This document shows positions 39,490-52,163 of a stretch of 64,000 nucleotides of DNA, one piece after another. Under the pieces are notes generated by a model, which did no database searches, was not told the DNA's origin, and saw nothing but the letters and a program-made list of their open reading frames with translations. The position numbers and the translations under genes were made by a program. Numbering within the stretch: the stretch's first letter is position 1; each line of letters opens with the position of its first letter. Source of the DNA: Takakia lepidozioides (taxonomy: Eukaryota > Plantae > Bryophyta); the NCBI GenBank assembly GCA_030704615.1, contig CM060732.1:10230001-10294000 (forward strand), in the 5' to 3' direction.

Positions 39490-41160
39490 GCGAATGCGGC
39501 GCCGCATTTCCGTTAAGTACCATCACGAAGCTACACATCCGTACTTGTTGGAAGAAAATGCGGCACCGCATTTCCGTTCCACCTTCACATACCTTAGTTG
39601 TTGAACGGAAATACGGTGCCGCATTTCCGTCCCACAGCTCCAAGTATGAGATTCAAAAGGGAAATGCGGCGCCGCATTTCCGTTCTGGAATGTCGAAAGG
39701 TGCGATTGGGACGGGAATGAGGCACAACATTTCAGTTCCCGTGGTTCATGATTTTCAATGTGAACGGAAATGCGGTACCGCATTTCCGTTCCCACTTCAC
39801 ATCCGTTAGATGATGAATGGAAATGCCGTGCCACATTTCCGTTCGGGAAAGTATAGAGGTCTCACCTGGACAGAAATGCGGTGCCGCATTTCCGGTCCGG
39901 AAAGTTTGAAGGTCTCACATGGATGGAAATGCGGCTACACATTTTCGTAGCACAGCTCCAGGCCCAATATACAAAACGGAAATGCGGCGCCGCATTTCCG
40001 TTCTAGAATGTCGGAAGGTGCGACTGGAACGGAAATGCGGTGCCGGATTTCTGTTCCCGTTGCGCACGATTTTCAGTCAGAATGGAAATGCGGTACCGCA
40101 TTTCCGTTCTGTAGAGTATTAACGTCTGACGCTGGCGGAAATGCCGTGCCGCATTTTCGTTCCACAGCTCCATGCCTCACATACAAAACGGAAATGCGGC
40201 GCCGCATTTCCGTTTTGGAATGTCGGAAGGTGCGACTCCGACGGAAATGCGGTACCGCATTTCAGTTCCGAGTTTCAGGATATTTCATCAGAACGGAAAT
40301 GCGGTGCCGCATTTTCCTTTTGAATCTAATACATTCCGTTCTGGAATGTTGGGAGTGCGACTCGGATGAAATGCGTGCCGCATTTCAGTTCCGATGTTCA
40401 CGATTTTCAGTCAGAACGGAAATGCGGTACCGCATTTCCGTTCTGGAATGTTGGTTGGTGCGACTCGGATGGAAATACGGTGCCGCATTTTAGTTCAGAT
40501 GGTTCACGATTTTCAGTCAGAACGGAAATGCGTTGCCGCATTTCCGTTCTGGTAGTATATGAATGTCTCAAGCGGTCGGAATTGCGCTGTATGAAGCTGT
40601 CGGTGTCGGAATCGCACTCGGCTCATGCATCAGATACAAAATGGAAATGCGGCGCCGCATTCCGTTCTGGAATGTCGAAAGTGCGACTCGGACGGAAATG
40701 CGGTGCCGCATTTCTGTCCCGTTGGTTTCAATCAGAACGGAAATGCGGTACCGCATTTCCGTTCTTCATACCGGTTGGAATTCGGCGTTCGTATGAATGT
40801 TGACGGAATCGGTACTCGCTCCATGCATCAGATACAAAATGGAAATGCGGCGCCGCATTTCCGTTCTGGAATGTCGAAAAGTGCGACTCGGACGGAAATG
40901 CGGTGCCGCATTTCTGTTCCCGTTTCATAAATCTCAATCAGAACGGAAATGTACCGCATTTCCGTTCCCCTTCACATACCGTGCTTGTTGAATGAAAATG
41001 CGGTACCGCATTTCCGTTCTGGAGAGTATGAATGTCTTTAAGGACGGAAATGTGCTGCAGCATTTCTATCCCTCAGCTCCATGCATCAGATACAAAATGG
41101 AAATGCGGCGCCGCATTTCCGTTCTGGAATGTCGGAAAAGTGCGACTCGGACGGAAATCT
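39490..41160. repeat. array of ~29 palindromes (CG)GAAATGCGG-YR-CCGCATTTC(CG) with a 53-bp period, between the two divergent genes
   Basis: Starts at 39556, 39609, 39662, 39715, 39768, 39821, 39874, 39927, 39980, 40033, 40086, 40139, 40192, 40245. Spacers differ but a few spacer types recur. Confidence 0.97.
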
Positions 41161-41537
41161 GGAACCTGAATGGGTTGCATTGTTCCGAAACAACACAATT
41201 GCGGCCAGTCTTGATGAGCACAACTTGGTTGTCTGACCGTTTTAAACAGCAGTCCTGGCACTTGTCAGTGCGAACGTTCCTGTCTGCACCGAGAATACTG
41301 CTGGATCCACCCTCAGGAGAAAACTGTCAGGAGATGTTATTTCGTCGCCGAATCGGCCATCATTGTCATACTCACTGGCTATGGAATCAAACCTCCCACC
41401 TTCATGCATGTAGCTTGAAACAATACTTTCCACTTCAATGTGCGACTTCCAATCGTCGATGGACTCCGCATGGTGCCTGTGAGCCTTGGTCTGTCGCTAT
41501 ACTGAACCTCGCACTTGCCAACTCCGTGCGGTGTTCG

Positions 41538-44500
41538 ATGGCTCCGAATTCCTACGCTATAGTTTGCTGTCCTCCGCAACTTGGGAGAGCCTGGATCCCA
41601 AACGAGGGAGGACTTTGCAGAGTGACTGAAACTTACCTTTGTTCCAAATTCAAGCTCAAACCGGGCACAGTTTATTTGGAAGAAGAAGGAAGGATGTTCC
41701 TGGACAGGTTGACGAGACCATTGTCGTGCTAGGTAACGACGGAGGTTGCGGAATCGAATGGCACGTTCCCCCGTCAGACACCATCCTGTACCGAGCTGTG
41801 GGAATGCCCATTCCCTTTCCGAATCAGTCGCTGCCCACACCATCCACAAAGGAGTCCGGAAACCGAGAGGCGGCCACTGCCAACAGAGAGGTATGCAACG
41901 ATAATCATTCCCGACCTGGACCGTCAAGACCCTCCATAGCTTCTCGTGTGGACGTATTCGACATTTCCGACGAGGAAGATGATTGCATTGAGGTACCCAT
42001 GTCCTCCACACGGTCGTTCAAATCCGGCATGGACGTCTCTGTAGGTGCTACGCATGTGCCCTCGAGCATAACTCCAACCCGGTCCATTGTGCAGCTCCTA
42101 CGACAACATCACCTCGATGGTTCTCGCTCCGAGCTGGCTGCTCTCGACTATGCCAAATTCCCAGTCAAGGTTTTCTGCCTCCCGAAGTCGATGGCAATGT
42201 CATCTTCGAGTTTCCACCTGTTTCTTCGTCAAAGAAAGCCTCCGGGATGTTAACAGACATGGATCGAAAGCATGACGGACACCCTGGTGTGTGACGAAGA
42301 CCAGTAGCACGAAAATTGCTGATGGTGTTCGTGTACGATATGTCCTCTGTGCGGGGAAGCTGAGGTGCCTCAATCCCACCTGCTTCCACTTTCTCTCCAA
42401 AGGAGGGCGGAGAAACGAGACGGATTGGACTGGCACAACGCATCATCCATTCATTGTCTCCAGCCAAGCTCCTGCGGGTTCTTTCAAGTGTGCACATTGC
42501 AAAGAACCACCGACGTGCATGTCCATGTGCAGAGCCAAGCAATATTACGTAATCCATTTGCTCCCGGACTTGACTAGAGCTTGCATACACGTTGGGGTCC
42601 ACTGCCACCCCTTGGCGAGAGGCAACATGCGTGAGGCTGTGCAGGAAGCACACGACATCATAAAAGAGGAGGTGAAATTGAGCCCCGGAGCCAGACCAAA
42701 GCAGATTCAGCTGAAGGCAGCCCACAAGATTGCTCTTGGCAAAATCATGTCTGAAGATGGTTCCGACCGAGAGCCCTTGACCGAAGACGAGATGCGTGAC
42801 CTCTTGGAGTCCGTCTCGCACGTTTGTAGTCCGAATGTGCGGAATCACATCGTATCTTGCAAGCAGGAGTTCGGCAGGGGGTCGGACATGTACTCAATCC
42901 TGGAGGTGAAACGAATGACTGGATATGACTACATCCAAGGTAGCAGGTTTCCAGGGCAAGGCAGCGAATCCGATCGTTGTTACATTTTCAAAATGTCGAC
43001 GTGTGGGCCTGGGAGTGGAGTCGACTTGGTCACTCGCATGACAACTGGAAACTTGTCGAATGCTTGGGTGATGTTTGATCACATCAAGCGAATTACAAAC
43101 CATCAGTGGGTGACTATGGGTGCGCATGTTTATGACTATCACTCCAAGAGGCTCATGACGATTGCAATCTGCGAGATGAAAGGGGAGGACACACAGTCCG
43201 AGATGCATCTGTGGGAGGGCATAAACGAGCAGATGGCAAGGGCGGGATTGCCAGAGCCCAATTTCAGGGGATTCATGGCAGACAACGCTCAGGCCAACTG
43301 GGCAGCGGTGCGGCGTGTGTACGGTGAGGACCCCAATGTTCCAATGGAGGGGAAAGAGAGATCCTGTGGATTCCATTGGATGCAGAGTCTATCCCACTAC
43401 ACTACCAAATTTGTTGCTAGCTCATTCCAGGCTGAACACGTGTCCTTTGTACGGCGTGGAAGGATGCACCCACATTTGATGACGCGGAGGTTAAGTTTGC
43501 TATCATCGAGGCTTGGTGGAACACGTCAGGTGCAGTGGAGACAACCAATCTGGGAGCATTGCACAGCTGGTTGGGGTGGTGGCATTTTCGGTATCGACAG
43601 TTCGGACAGTACATGCGGGAGGTAGGCTGCTGTCATTTTCGTTCATTTGTCTTTCTGTTACGGACATTTCGATTGGTCCCTCACCATTGTTTGTGTCCTT
43701 CTAGGAGCGTGCTTGGATTCCGACACGGACATGCCGAACACGAATATGGCAGAATCGGTCCACTCCTCCTGGCGAGCGTCTTCTGCCGCACATCTGGTGG
43801 ACGTAGACGGCCACAACGGAGGACATCGACAGAGCAATCATGCAGCAAGCCACGTACTACAAGTTCCTGAGCGGCAAACAATGGGGCTTTGGGCCGGACA
43901 GGGAGGAATTGTTGGTACGAACAGCTTCGAGGTCCAAGAATCCAGTGAAATGGGCGACAGCATTGCGAGAGAAGATCAAAGGGACGCCTCTGCACCGCAG
44001 AGGTGAACACCTAGAGGGGGACGTCCGGACTCGCCCTGTCAGGCGGAGGATTGAAGAGGAACCCGGGTGCGAAGAGGATTCCTGGAGATCCGACAGGAAC
44101 ATTCGGACAGCACCTCGAGGTCCCGTCATGTTGCCGCACAATGTGTCTTCCAGCAGTGGAAGCCCAAGAAATTCCAGATCGCCGTCGCCTTCAACCGGGG
44201 ATTTCGTGCAACAAATTCCCACCGCTCCCTTGCCCCACATTCCGCCCGCTGTTATGCAGTATGGCCAAGCCATTGTGGAGACGACTGTGTCTGCTCACAG
44301 TGGAGAATTGCTCGCACAAAGCCGTCGTTTCGAGGAAGGTGTTCCGCAATTCGTGTGGATACACGGCAACGTTGTTTAGAGATGATAAGGAGGAATCCAG
44401 ATGGGGCTGTCCCTGCTCCTACTTTTACAGGAAGATTTGTCCATGCAAAGTTTGCGGAGGCGACAACCACCCAGTTCTGGTTCTGCAGGCACGACATTAT

Positions 44501-45129
44501 GACTTGCGTGTATGGAAAGCCCAAGTACGGCATACAAACAATGCCAGAGGCTCCCCCGGTGTGGCCGGTGGAACCAGGCTGCGATCTGAGTCAGGTTGAG
44601 GCCGACGCCCTTACCGCCGCAGGATTTCGGATGGTGCAGCGCACTGACGTCCCCAGACAACCATTTCCGCTTCCCAGCCTCCACCACCGACCCCTGTGAG
44701 AGCAAGAACAATGGGACACGACAGCTCTAAGCATCCTACACACCGTTGGGGGAAACCGAAGAGGCGGCGACCTCCCTCAAAAGTGAACGAGACAAGGATG
44801 GGGAATGCACTTCGGATGAACTGTACAATCCAGAGCTCGACAGAAGTGCCCCACCAGGATTCGGGCGTGTGTATCAGATGGCCACGGCGGGCTCAGCTGT
44901 TCGCAATGAGGTGTACACCATCACCATTTCAGAATTACCCACCTGCAATTGCACCGACTTCCAGATCATGGCGAACAAGGGGGCATCATACTGCCCTTGC
45001 AAGCATTTGTACTACGTGTACCTAAAGAGACTCCGTTGTAATTCCACAACTCATCACTTCATACATGCACCAGGGTTGAGCCCCCAGGAGGTTCACACTC
45101 TTCTGAATATGGATCCAGGGGACCAGTGA
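41538..45129 (+). CDS. element A Mutator-like transposase (Cys/His-rich N-terminal domain, DDE core, SWIM); intron 43622-43704; several indels
   Basis: CAGKLRCLNPTC..CAHC..C..C..HVGVHCHP; VMFDH (D1), FMADN (D2), CGFH (CxxH), PNTNMAESVH (E); SWIM CNCTDF..CPCKH. Confidence 0.9.
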
Positions 45130-48100
45130 GCTTGGCTTTGCGGTCCACATACAATGGTACGCCCATCCTTTTCGGATAGTAGAACTGTACTGCTGCCAGT
45201 ACCTCAGACTCTGGCCACAGAAAGGTCCGACATATGTCTTGCCTACCAGTAACCTGTTTTGCTCGAACTAAGATATTACTATATCGTTCACTTGTTTCCA
45301 CGTGCATGTATTTTTGTATGTTGGAGGGTTCATGTTTTTGCTTTCCGAAAACTTGCTTCCTCATTCGACCTCCGACAAGGAAATGCGGCGCCGCATTTCC
45401 AAGTATCGTCGTAGGTACCCCAGAGGCGGCCTTCGCCAACACCAAACCGCTCCGAAATTTCGCACGTGCGAACCCTAATGCGGCACCCTATTTCCCAGTT
45501 CAGTTGCAAACCTTTCCCGCCGAATACCCGAAGAAGACAGAATTGTGAAGTACTGCAGACTGTATTGGTGCAGACTCCATTGGTTCAATCGCGGCAAAAG
45601 GGTCAGCTTCATTCCAATGTTAAGGCATGTAAAACCGCGGAATACTCTATACAGGCCAGTATGCGACGTCCTTTTGCAGTGGTATACTGGATTTCCCGTT
45701 GCACGGTCACTTATTTCCATGAGCGGATCTAAAAACCATGAGCGGACTTGTTACTGACGACATATCTTCGCCGCATTACATGATCTGGAACGTCCAAAAA
45801 CGGCAAGGTCAAATAAAAAACTATTATTTTAATACTTGTTTAATCTGCCGCATTTCCAAATTTGGAGGAGTCCGCTCATGAAATCCGCGTATCTTAGACT
45901 TCGGCACCGCTCATGCGGCTCATGCGGCTCATGGCTCATGGTTTCTGCTCATGAAATAGTAAACCTCTGCCAGAGAGCCCCGCATCGTTACAAAATCCGG
46001 ACAAGTGCACGTAGGAAATTCCCCACGGTAACCTGATATTCTTGCATGAAGAATGAGCCAATAGACAGCACTGTGTAAATCCGTCCATACCCCGGCAGGG
46101 ACTTCGGTGATACGAGTCACCCGAGCTGCAAAATTCTAGCCGATTCCATCTTGCAGTCGTGATCTGCCACCCGAAGCGACACGGCGCACATTGTTTTTCC
46201 ATCTCTTTTTGTTGGGTGGGAATCAGGCACCGGGTGGAGGCATTGCCGGAGCATGTGGCACATCTGTGCCACAATGCATGAGGGCACCACCCGGGACCGT
46301 GCAAGACGGAACCCTCCTCCTCCTCCAGCATGCTTATCTCGGTTGATGACAGCGACTCGTCCCAAGTTTCACAGGCCAAATTGGGGGGGGAGGGGGCTTC
46401 ATTATCACCGAAGGACGAATTGTTCCCTTGACGCATCATGCCATATCGTCTGGGCAGAACCAAAACTTGTGGTCCTTTGACTCCCCACTATGATAAGGTC
46501 GGAACAACCCTGTGAATGTTGGAGCTGGAGTCCCCCTGGAGCCTTTGCATATTTTTGATTTGCATTTCTTGAAAGAGGGGGTCCGAATTGCCATGCAAGC
46601 CACTCTAGATCCTGGTGGGGTGCGTTCTATATGCCACTCACTGTCAATGCAATCAGATTCATGCACCAAGGACACCACCTTCTCCAATGGGATTCCTGCT
46701 GCTGTGCTTGCATGATCTGCACCTACTCCACTGGAAGAGGACCCACCTGGGAAGGGGCGGGCACACGACTTAGTCTGCACCAGAGACACCTTGGTATAGA
46801 GAAATTGACCCTGTCCGGCCGATGGGAATCTCCATCCGACCCTGGAGGAGTGTTCAATTTCCTTTTGCATGATCCAAATTTTTCCTCGCCTTCCAAATGG
46901 GGGACCCTGGATTGCAAAGGGGAGCCTTCAGTGCACCTGTTCAGAGCTCTGGCCATCTTCAATGGGTCTCCGGACCTACTCGCAGCCCTTAGCATCAACA
47001 AAGTCGTATTAGGGCCTTGCCTCCGGCCCGTCATCAGAAAATTTGGTACCTGGTTTGTTGTGTAAGTGCCCGCACCATGTCATCAGCAGTGGCCACATAC
47101 AAGTCACGTCCTGCTTTGGTAGATTGCTGCATCCAGGTGTTGTGAACAGTCTCCGCCAAATTACAGGATGGCATGTCGGATTGTCAACAACCCCAAATGA
47201 ATAGGCACGATGCAAAGTGAAATTTGTGTTTCTGGGATTGAAGAGGCTTACCGTCGTCATGAAAGCTCCCCACTGTCTGTACCTGAAGTGCCAGAAGAAA
47301 CCAACCAGTCCTCCAACTCTTCAGGTGGATACCAGTAGCAGCACCAGAGGAGAACCACCAACCCGGATTGCTTGGTAAGTGCTCTCAGCTCTTGAGGTGG
47401 CATTTTTGTACTTGAGGCAGGAGCCTTCCGTGCTCCAACTGGAGGTCAGGGCGAATGCAGCGCTTGTATAACGTGCCAGAGATTGATGGAAGAGGCATGT
47501 GCGCTCCTATTTTCTATTGGGACCTTAGGATCCCCCGAACCAAACACATGCCGCACTGCATTGAAATTTGCATGTGCACTATCACCCATGAAGCCCACAA
47601 AATTTGTGTTCTGCATTCCATTGCGCTGCATGACGGCCAGGAGCAAATTCCACATGAGCATCTGGGATTCAGTGCCTCCGACTGCATATCACAAATTGCT
47701 ATGGAGAGAACACGCTGGTATGTTGGATCGTACACATGGCACGCCATGGTTGTCCAACCCTTCACCCGTTTGCAGTGATCAAACATTAACCAACATTTAG
47801 CCAAATCTCCTCCAGGTTGCATTCGGCGGACTATGCTCACACCACTGCCTTCACCCACTGTGGACATCTTGAACAAATACACCTTGGACAAGCCCTGGCC
47901 AGGGAAGATACTGTTTTGAATGAATTCATAGCGACTCCTCCGTTTGAGGTCATAATGTTGTCCATGAATCCAGCACTGCCTGTGCCCATTCTGAGTGAGT
48001 GCATTCACCTGTGGTTTCGAATATTGGGAGAGCTCAACACAGAGAAGAAATGGTCCATCACTGCATCAAGCGAAATCTGCATTCTAGCATTGGTTGTGTC

Positions 48101-48685
48101 GCATCCCCTTCACCCAGTTATGTGTTTTTCCATGAATGTCTTGCTAGCAGCAAGCGCTATAGCAGAAGGTGTTGCACAAGGGGCATTGTGGAACTCCTGC
48201 TTCAGCAGATTTCCACGCTATCTCTGCAACTTCCTTTTGACACAGGATGCTCGTGTGTACCCATATGAATGCAGGCACGAGTCATTGTCTTGCATCGATG
48301 TGCCACCTAGTACATATGAGTGTGGCACACAGAAACACATGACGGGGAAAGTTTGCAGAACCTGCACACAAAAGTATTGGTCTTGGGAGGGGCAACCCCT
48401 ACGATGACACTACCGCGTGAGCCTGGCGCGTGAGCGTGTGAGCGTACGCTCACACAATGATGACGTGGCGTGAGCCTACGCTCACGCTGCTGACATGGCG
48501 CTGATGTTGACGTGGCGTGAGCCTGGTCCAGGTCATGCCACGTCACCACAAAGAAGGTGGGCCTATAACCGTGGAGCCCCCAACTGCGGATTTCACCACA
48601 TGAAGGTGAAACGGATGAAGGGTTTTGGGCTTTCCTGGAGTTCAACCTTCTGTTAACAGGAGCTTCATTTCGTAGAACTGAAATG

Positions 48686-48880
48686 AACCTCGTGTCGACA
48701 CAAGGGGGATTTGGAGAACTTCAACAAAACCTCGTGTTAACACGAGGTTGTTTTCCTGGAACAAAAATGAACTTCGTGTTGACACGATGTTGTTTTCTGA
48801 GAACTAAAATCATCCTTGTGTCAACACAAGGAGGATTTGGAGAACTTCAAGTTAAACCTCGTGTTGAGACGAGGTTGATT
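48686..48880. repeat. five palindromes AACCTCGTGT-YR-ACACGAGGTT with a 42-bp period
   Basis: Starts at 48686, 48728, 48770, 48812, 48855. Confidence 0.92.
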
Positions 48881-49038
48881 TGATCATCTGTCTATTGAAG
48901 GTAGTTTCTTGTGTTTGCTAATGAAAAGAGAATGACAAACCAATGCGACAAATGCATTGACCCACGCATTGCAAAGATGTTAGACGACATACATTGAGAG
49001 TCACTGGACTTGAACAGTCATTCCATTACAAGTTGTAG

Positions 49039-52000
49039 TCAAGGAAAACACAAATTTTTATGGGCTTGTATCCGCTGTAGAAGTGTGTTGACTTCGTTGA
49101 AACTCATAGTGGCTTGGTGAATGAAGAAATCGCGCTTTGGATCACAAACCATCCTTCTCAAGAAGACGAAGTAAAGGTGTTTTGCACGGTATGAACTTCC
49201 CTCTCTTTCCCAAACTACTTGAAAGCATACCAACAAAATCAGGACATGTACAATTGGGAAAATTGGAAACAGTGATTTCGTACGTCCTGTCCTGCAGCGC
49301 AGATGCGGATGAGATCATGGTGAAGACCCGACCATACCCTGGATCAGGCACTTCCATTGTTCCCGCAACACGAGCGTGAAGCATTCTGGCGGACTCAATT
49401 TTGCCGTAGTGTTCTGCGGTTGGAGGGAATCGTCGAACCAGCTTCCCATTCCGTCTGGTTGCCACAAGTGAGCGTCAGGCGGAGGTACCCTGAACCGCTT
49501 CCACTTGAAGCACCTTCACGTGCAATGGAATGTCTGGCTAGGGAGAAACCCGCCTCTTCCAGCATTGCGATCTCTCGGTGAGTGAGACCTGTGCCCATCT
49601 TCACAGGCCACACGGTTGGTGGAGTAGGCTTCCTTACCACGGAAGGCCTCACTGTACCATGCACACATCTCCCACAATCGTCAGCGCAGAACCAGAACTT
49701 GTGGTTCTTTGCCTCGCCTTGTCCGTAAGGGAGAAACAAACCCGTGAATGTAGGAGCTGCAGTGCGTTCTTTCCCTCTGGAGATTAATGATGTACATTTT
49801 TCATGATTGGTGGCCCTGATCGCCGCGCATTTCACACGAGATCCAGCACTTGTGCGTTCTATATGCCAAACCTCGTCCAAGCCCATGGACTCGATTATAT
49901 GCGGCACCACGTTCTGGTCTTCAACCATTGCAGTGACAATGCTTGATGCAGGGGTCCAGTCTGGGGCAGAGTAGCCCTCACCTGTGGATGTTCCGCAATT
50001 CCATCTCTGATCCAAGGGAACACGTGGCGTCGAGAAGTTCACCCTGTCCGCCCTATGGGAATCTGCATCCGATCCCGGAGGGGTGTCCAATTTCCGTTTG
50101 CAAGACCCGAATCTCTCTTCGCCTTCCAGATGGGGAACTCTTCCCACGAGAGGGGTGCCATCTGCACATATGCTCACTGCCCGCGCTATTTTGCTGGGAT
50201 CCCCTGATCTTCCAGCTGCCCGCAACATCAACTCGCTCCTGTCCGGACCTTTGCCACCAAGGCCACCCCTCAAGAATGACCTATATCTGGTTTGCTGCTG
50301 CAGAGCACGAATGAGGTCATCGGCCGTCGCCGCATACAAATCTCTCCCTTTTTTGCCGGATTGCAACCAGGCATTGTGCACTGTCTCTGCAAGATTGCAA
50401 GAAGGCATGTCCGCCATCTCCTCAATGGACATATGCTGCAAGGCAAAAAAACAGAAAGCCGATATTAGGATTGGACCCTGAAAGATATATCCGAAGCACC
50501 CAAACGAAGGTGAATACATTGGAGGCCATAACTCGAATGAGAGCTTCCCACATGAGCTTTTGTGAATCTGTGTCCTCTAACTGCATGTCACACACTGCAA
50601 TTGTCATGACCCGCTGGTACACAGGGTCGTAAACATGACATGCCATTGTGGTCCAGTCTTTAACCCTCTTGACATGATCGAACATAAGGAAGCAGTTGCC
50701 AAGATCGCCACCCTTCTGCATACGTTTAACCAGGCTGACCCCGCTGCCCTCACCTTTTGTGGACATTTTGAACAAGAACACTTTCCTGGCTCCTTGTCCC
50801 GGGAAAACGCTGTCTTGGATGTAGTCATACATGCTCCTTTTCTTCAAATCCATAATATTGTCCATATAACCTCGGCTCCCAGAGCCCATTCTTAAAGCGT
50901 TCACCTGATTCCTAATGTTTGGAGAAGTCAAAGTTGAGAAATGGTCCATAACAGTGTCCAAAGCCGATCCCTCCAGTATTCCTCCAACCGAATTTGATGC
51001 ACACAGAATACGGCTTTCCAGAAAGGACTTGCTCGCCCCCATGGCAATTGCAGATGTGGTTCCAGTTGGATTGGTATCCAACTCTTGCCTTATCAGACGC
51101 GAGACTGTGTCAACGCTCTCCCTATAATCCCCCTTGGACACAGGGTGGTTGTGAAAACCGAAATGGACACAGGCTCTAGTCAGGGTTTTGAATCGATGCA
51201 CCACATAATACATTCTGGCGCCACACAAAGCAAGGCAGCAAGGTGGTACCCTACAGAACTTGCACACAAAAGTGTTACTGTATGGTGGTGTCACCCCAGG
51301 CTTGAATGGATTCTCACTGACACCATCCCATTCGCTTTGGTTTTGCACACCTGACAATGCGAAGTGTCTGCATTTCATGTTCTCGCATTTCAGGTGCCCA
51401 TTACAGACTGTTCGCCTGAATATGAGGTTGTCGTTGTTGTGAATATTGGAGGTTTTTGTGCGGCACCAAGGGTGCCCATCGTGCTTTTTGTCCATTCCTT
51501 CCAGGAGACTAGAAATGCCCCCCAAGCGACCAGGAGGAGGCAGCTCGAAAACAGTATTACCATCAAAAGATTCCGGCAAGAATGCCACCCTCTGAATATT
51601 GAAAGTGCTCCAGTCTATCCCCCTCAACTCACTCTTGAATCCTGCCATCCCACCCATGCTTTCAGTTTAGGAATGACACTGGTGATCTCCTCCACATCTG
51701 CTTCTACATGTGGACATGGCTGATCCACGGGCGGTATTGCACATGTGTCATCGGAGGATGAGTCCGAAAGCTCAACTACAGTGTTAACGGTACTCGTCTC
51801 CTTCTTGACAACCACGGGTGTTTTCTCCTGGGCCACTGATGCTGCCGTGCCAGGAGTTACGAAAGATCCTGCAGACTGTCTCAGAGGAGCACTGAGCACC
51901 CTGTATCTGCCTGGAGGCACTCTCCATTGTGTGGCTGGTGCAGTATGCGAAGGTTTCTGGAACACGTACTTGAGCAGTTTTCCATTGGCATCGTACACTT

Positions 52001-52163
52001 CCCTTTGAAGGAATAGAGTTCCATTTTCCAACCGAAACTGCGTTGCGAGGACGTGTTCATGCACCAGCGCAAAACCATCATCTTCCACCTCGTAAGAAAA
52101 TGGCACAGGGTGGTCCTCACTGAAGAAGTCCGCGTCAAGGGAGCCCATGGCCTGGGAGGCCAT
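49039..52163 (-). pseudogene. element B transposase with an internal deletion
   Basis: HDGHPWCRT, CNGHLKC, LMFDHVKRV, MPSCNLAETVH and SWIM CTCPDF..PCK are present. The FMAD..CxxH segment is missing at ~50518. Confidence 0.88.

Larger units (their letters stand above)
30623..45967 (+). mobile_element. element A1: ~15.3-kb Mutator-like transposon with cargo genes
   Basis: Imperfect TIRs GGGGGCTGCTATTTCATGAGC / GCTCATGAAATAGTAAACCTC with subterminal CATGAGC repeats. Degenerate TSD TGCCGAG / TGCC-AG. Removing A1 restores the SWIM domain of C. Confidence 0.9.

Noticed and set aside
39490-41160. CRISPR array (palindromic repeat with fixed-length variable spacers)
   Set aside because: Spacer types recur as higher-order repeats, the repeats are degenerate, no cas genes are present, and the context is a eukaryotic transposon
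41538-45129. Zisupton/KDZ transposase, suggested by SWIM and Cys clusters
   Set aside because: The D..D..CxxH..N-x-A-E-S/T-x-H pattern and the 9-bp TSD of B fit Mutator better; not fully excluded without a profile search
48408-48415. CACTA (En/Spm) terminus
   Set aside because: CACTAC lies 6 bp inside the TSD-defined end, there is no matching TAGTG at the other end, and the TSD is 9 bp rather than 3 bp
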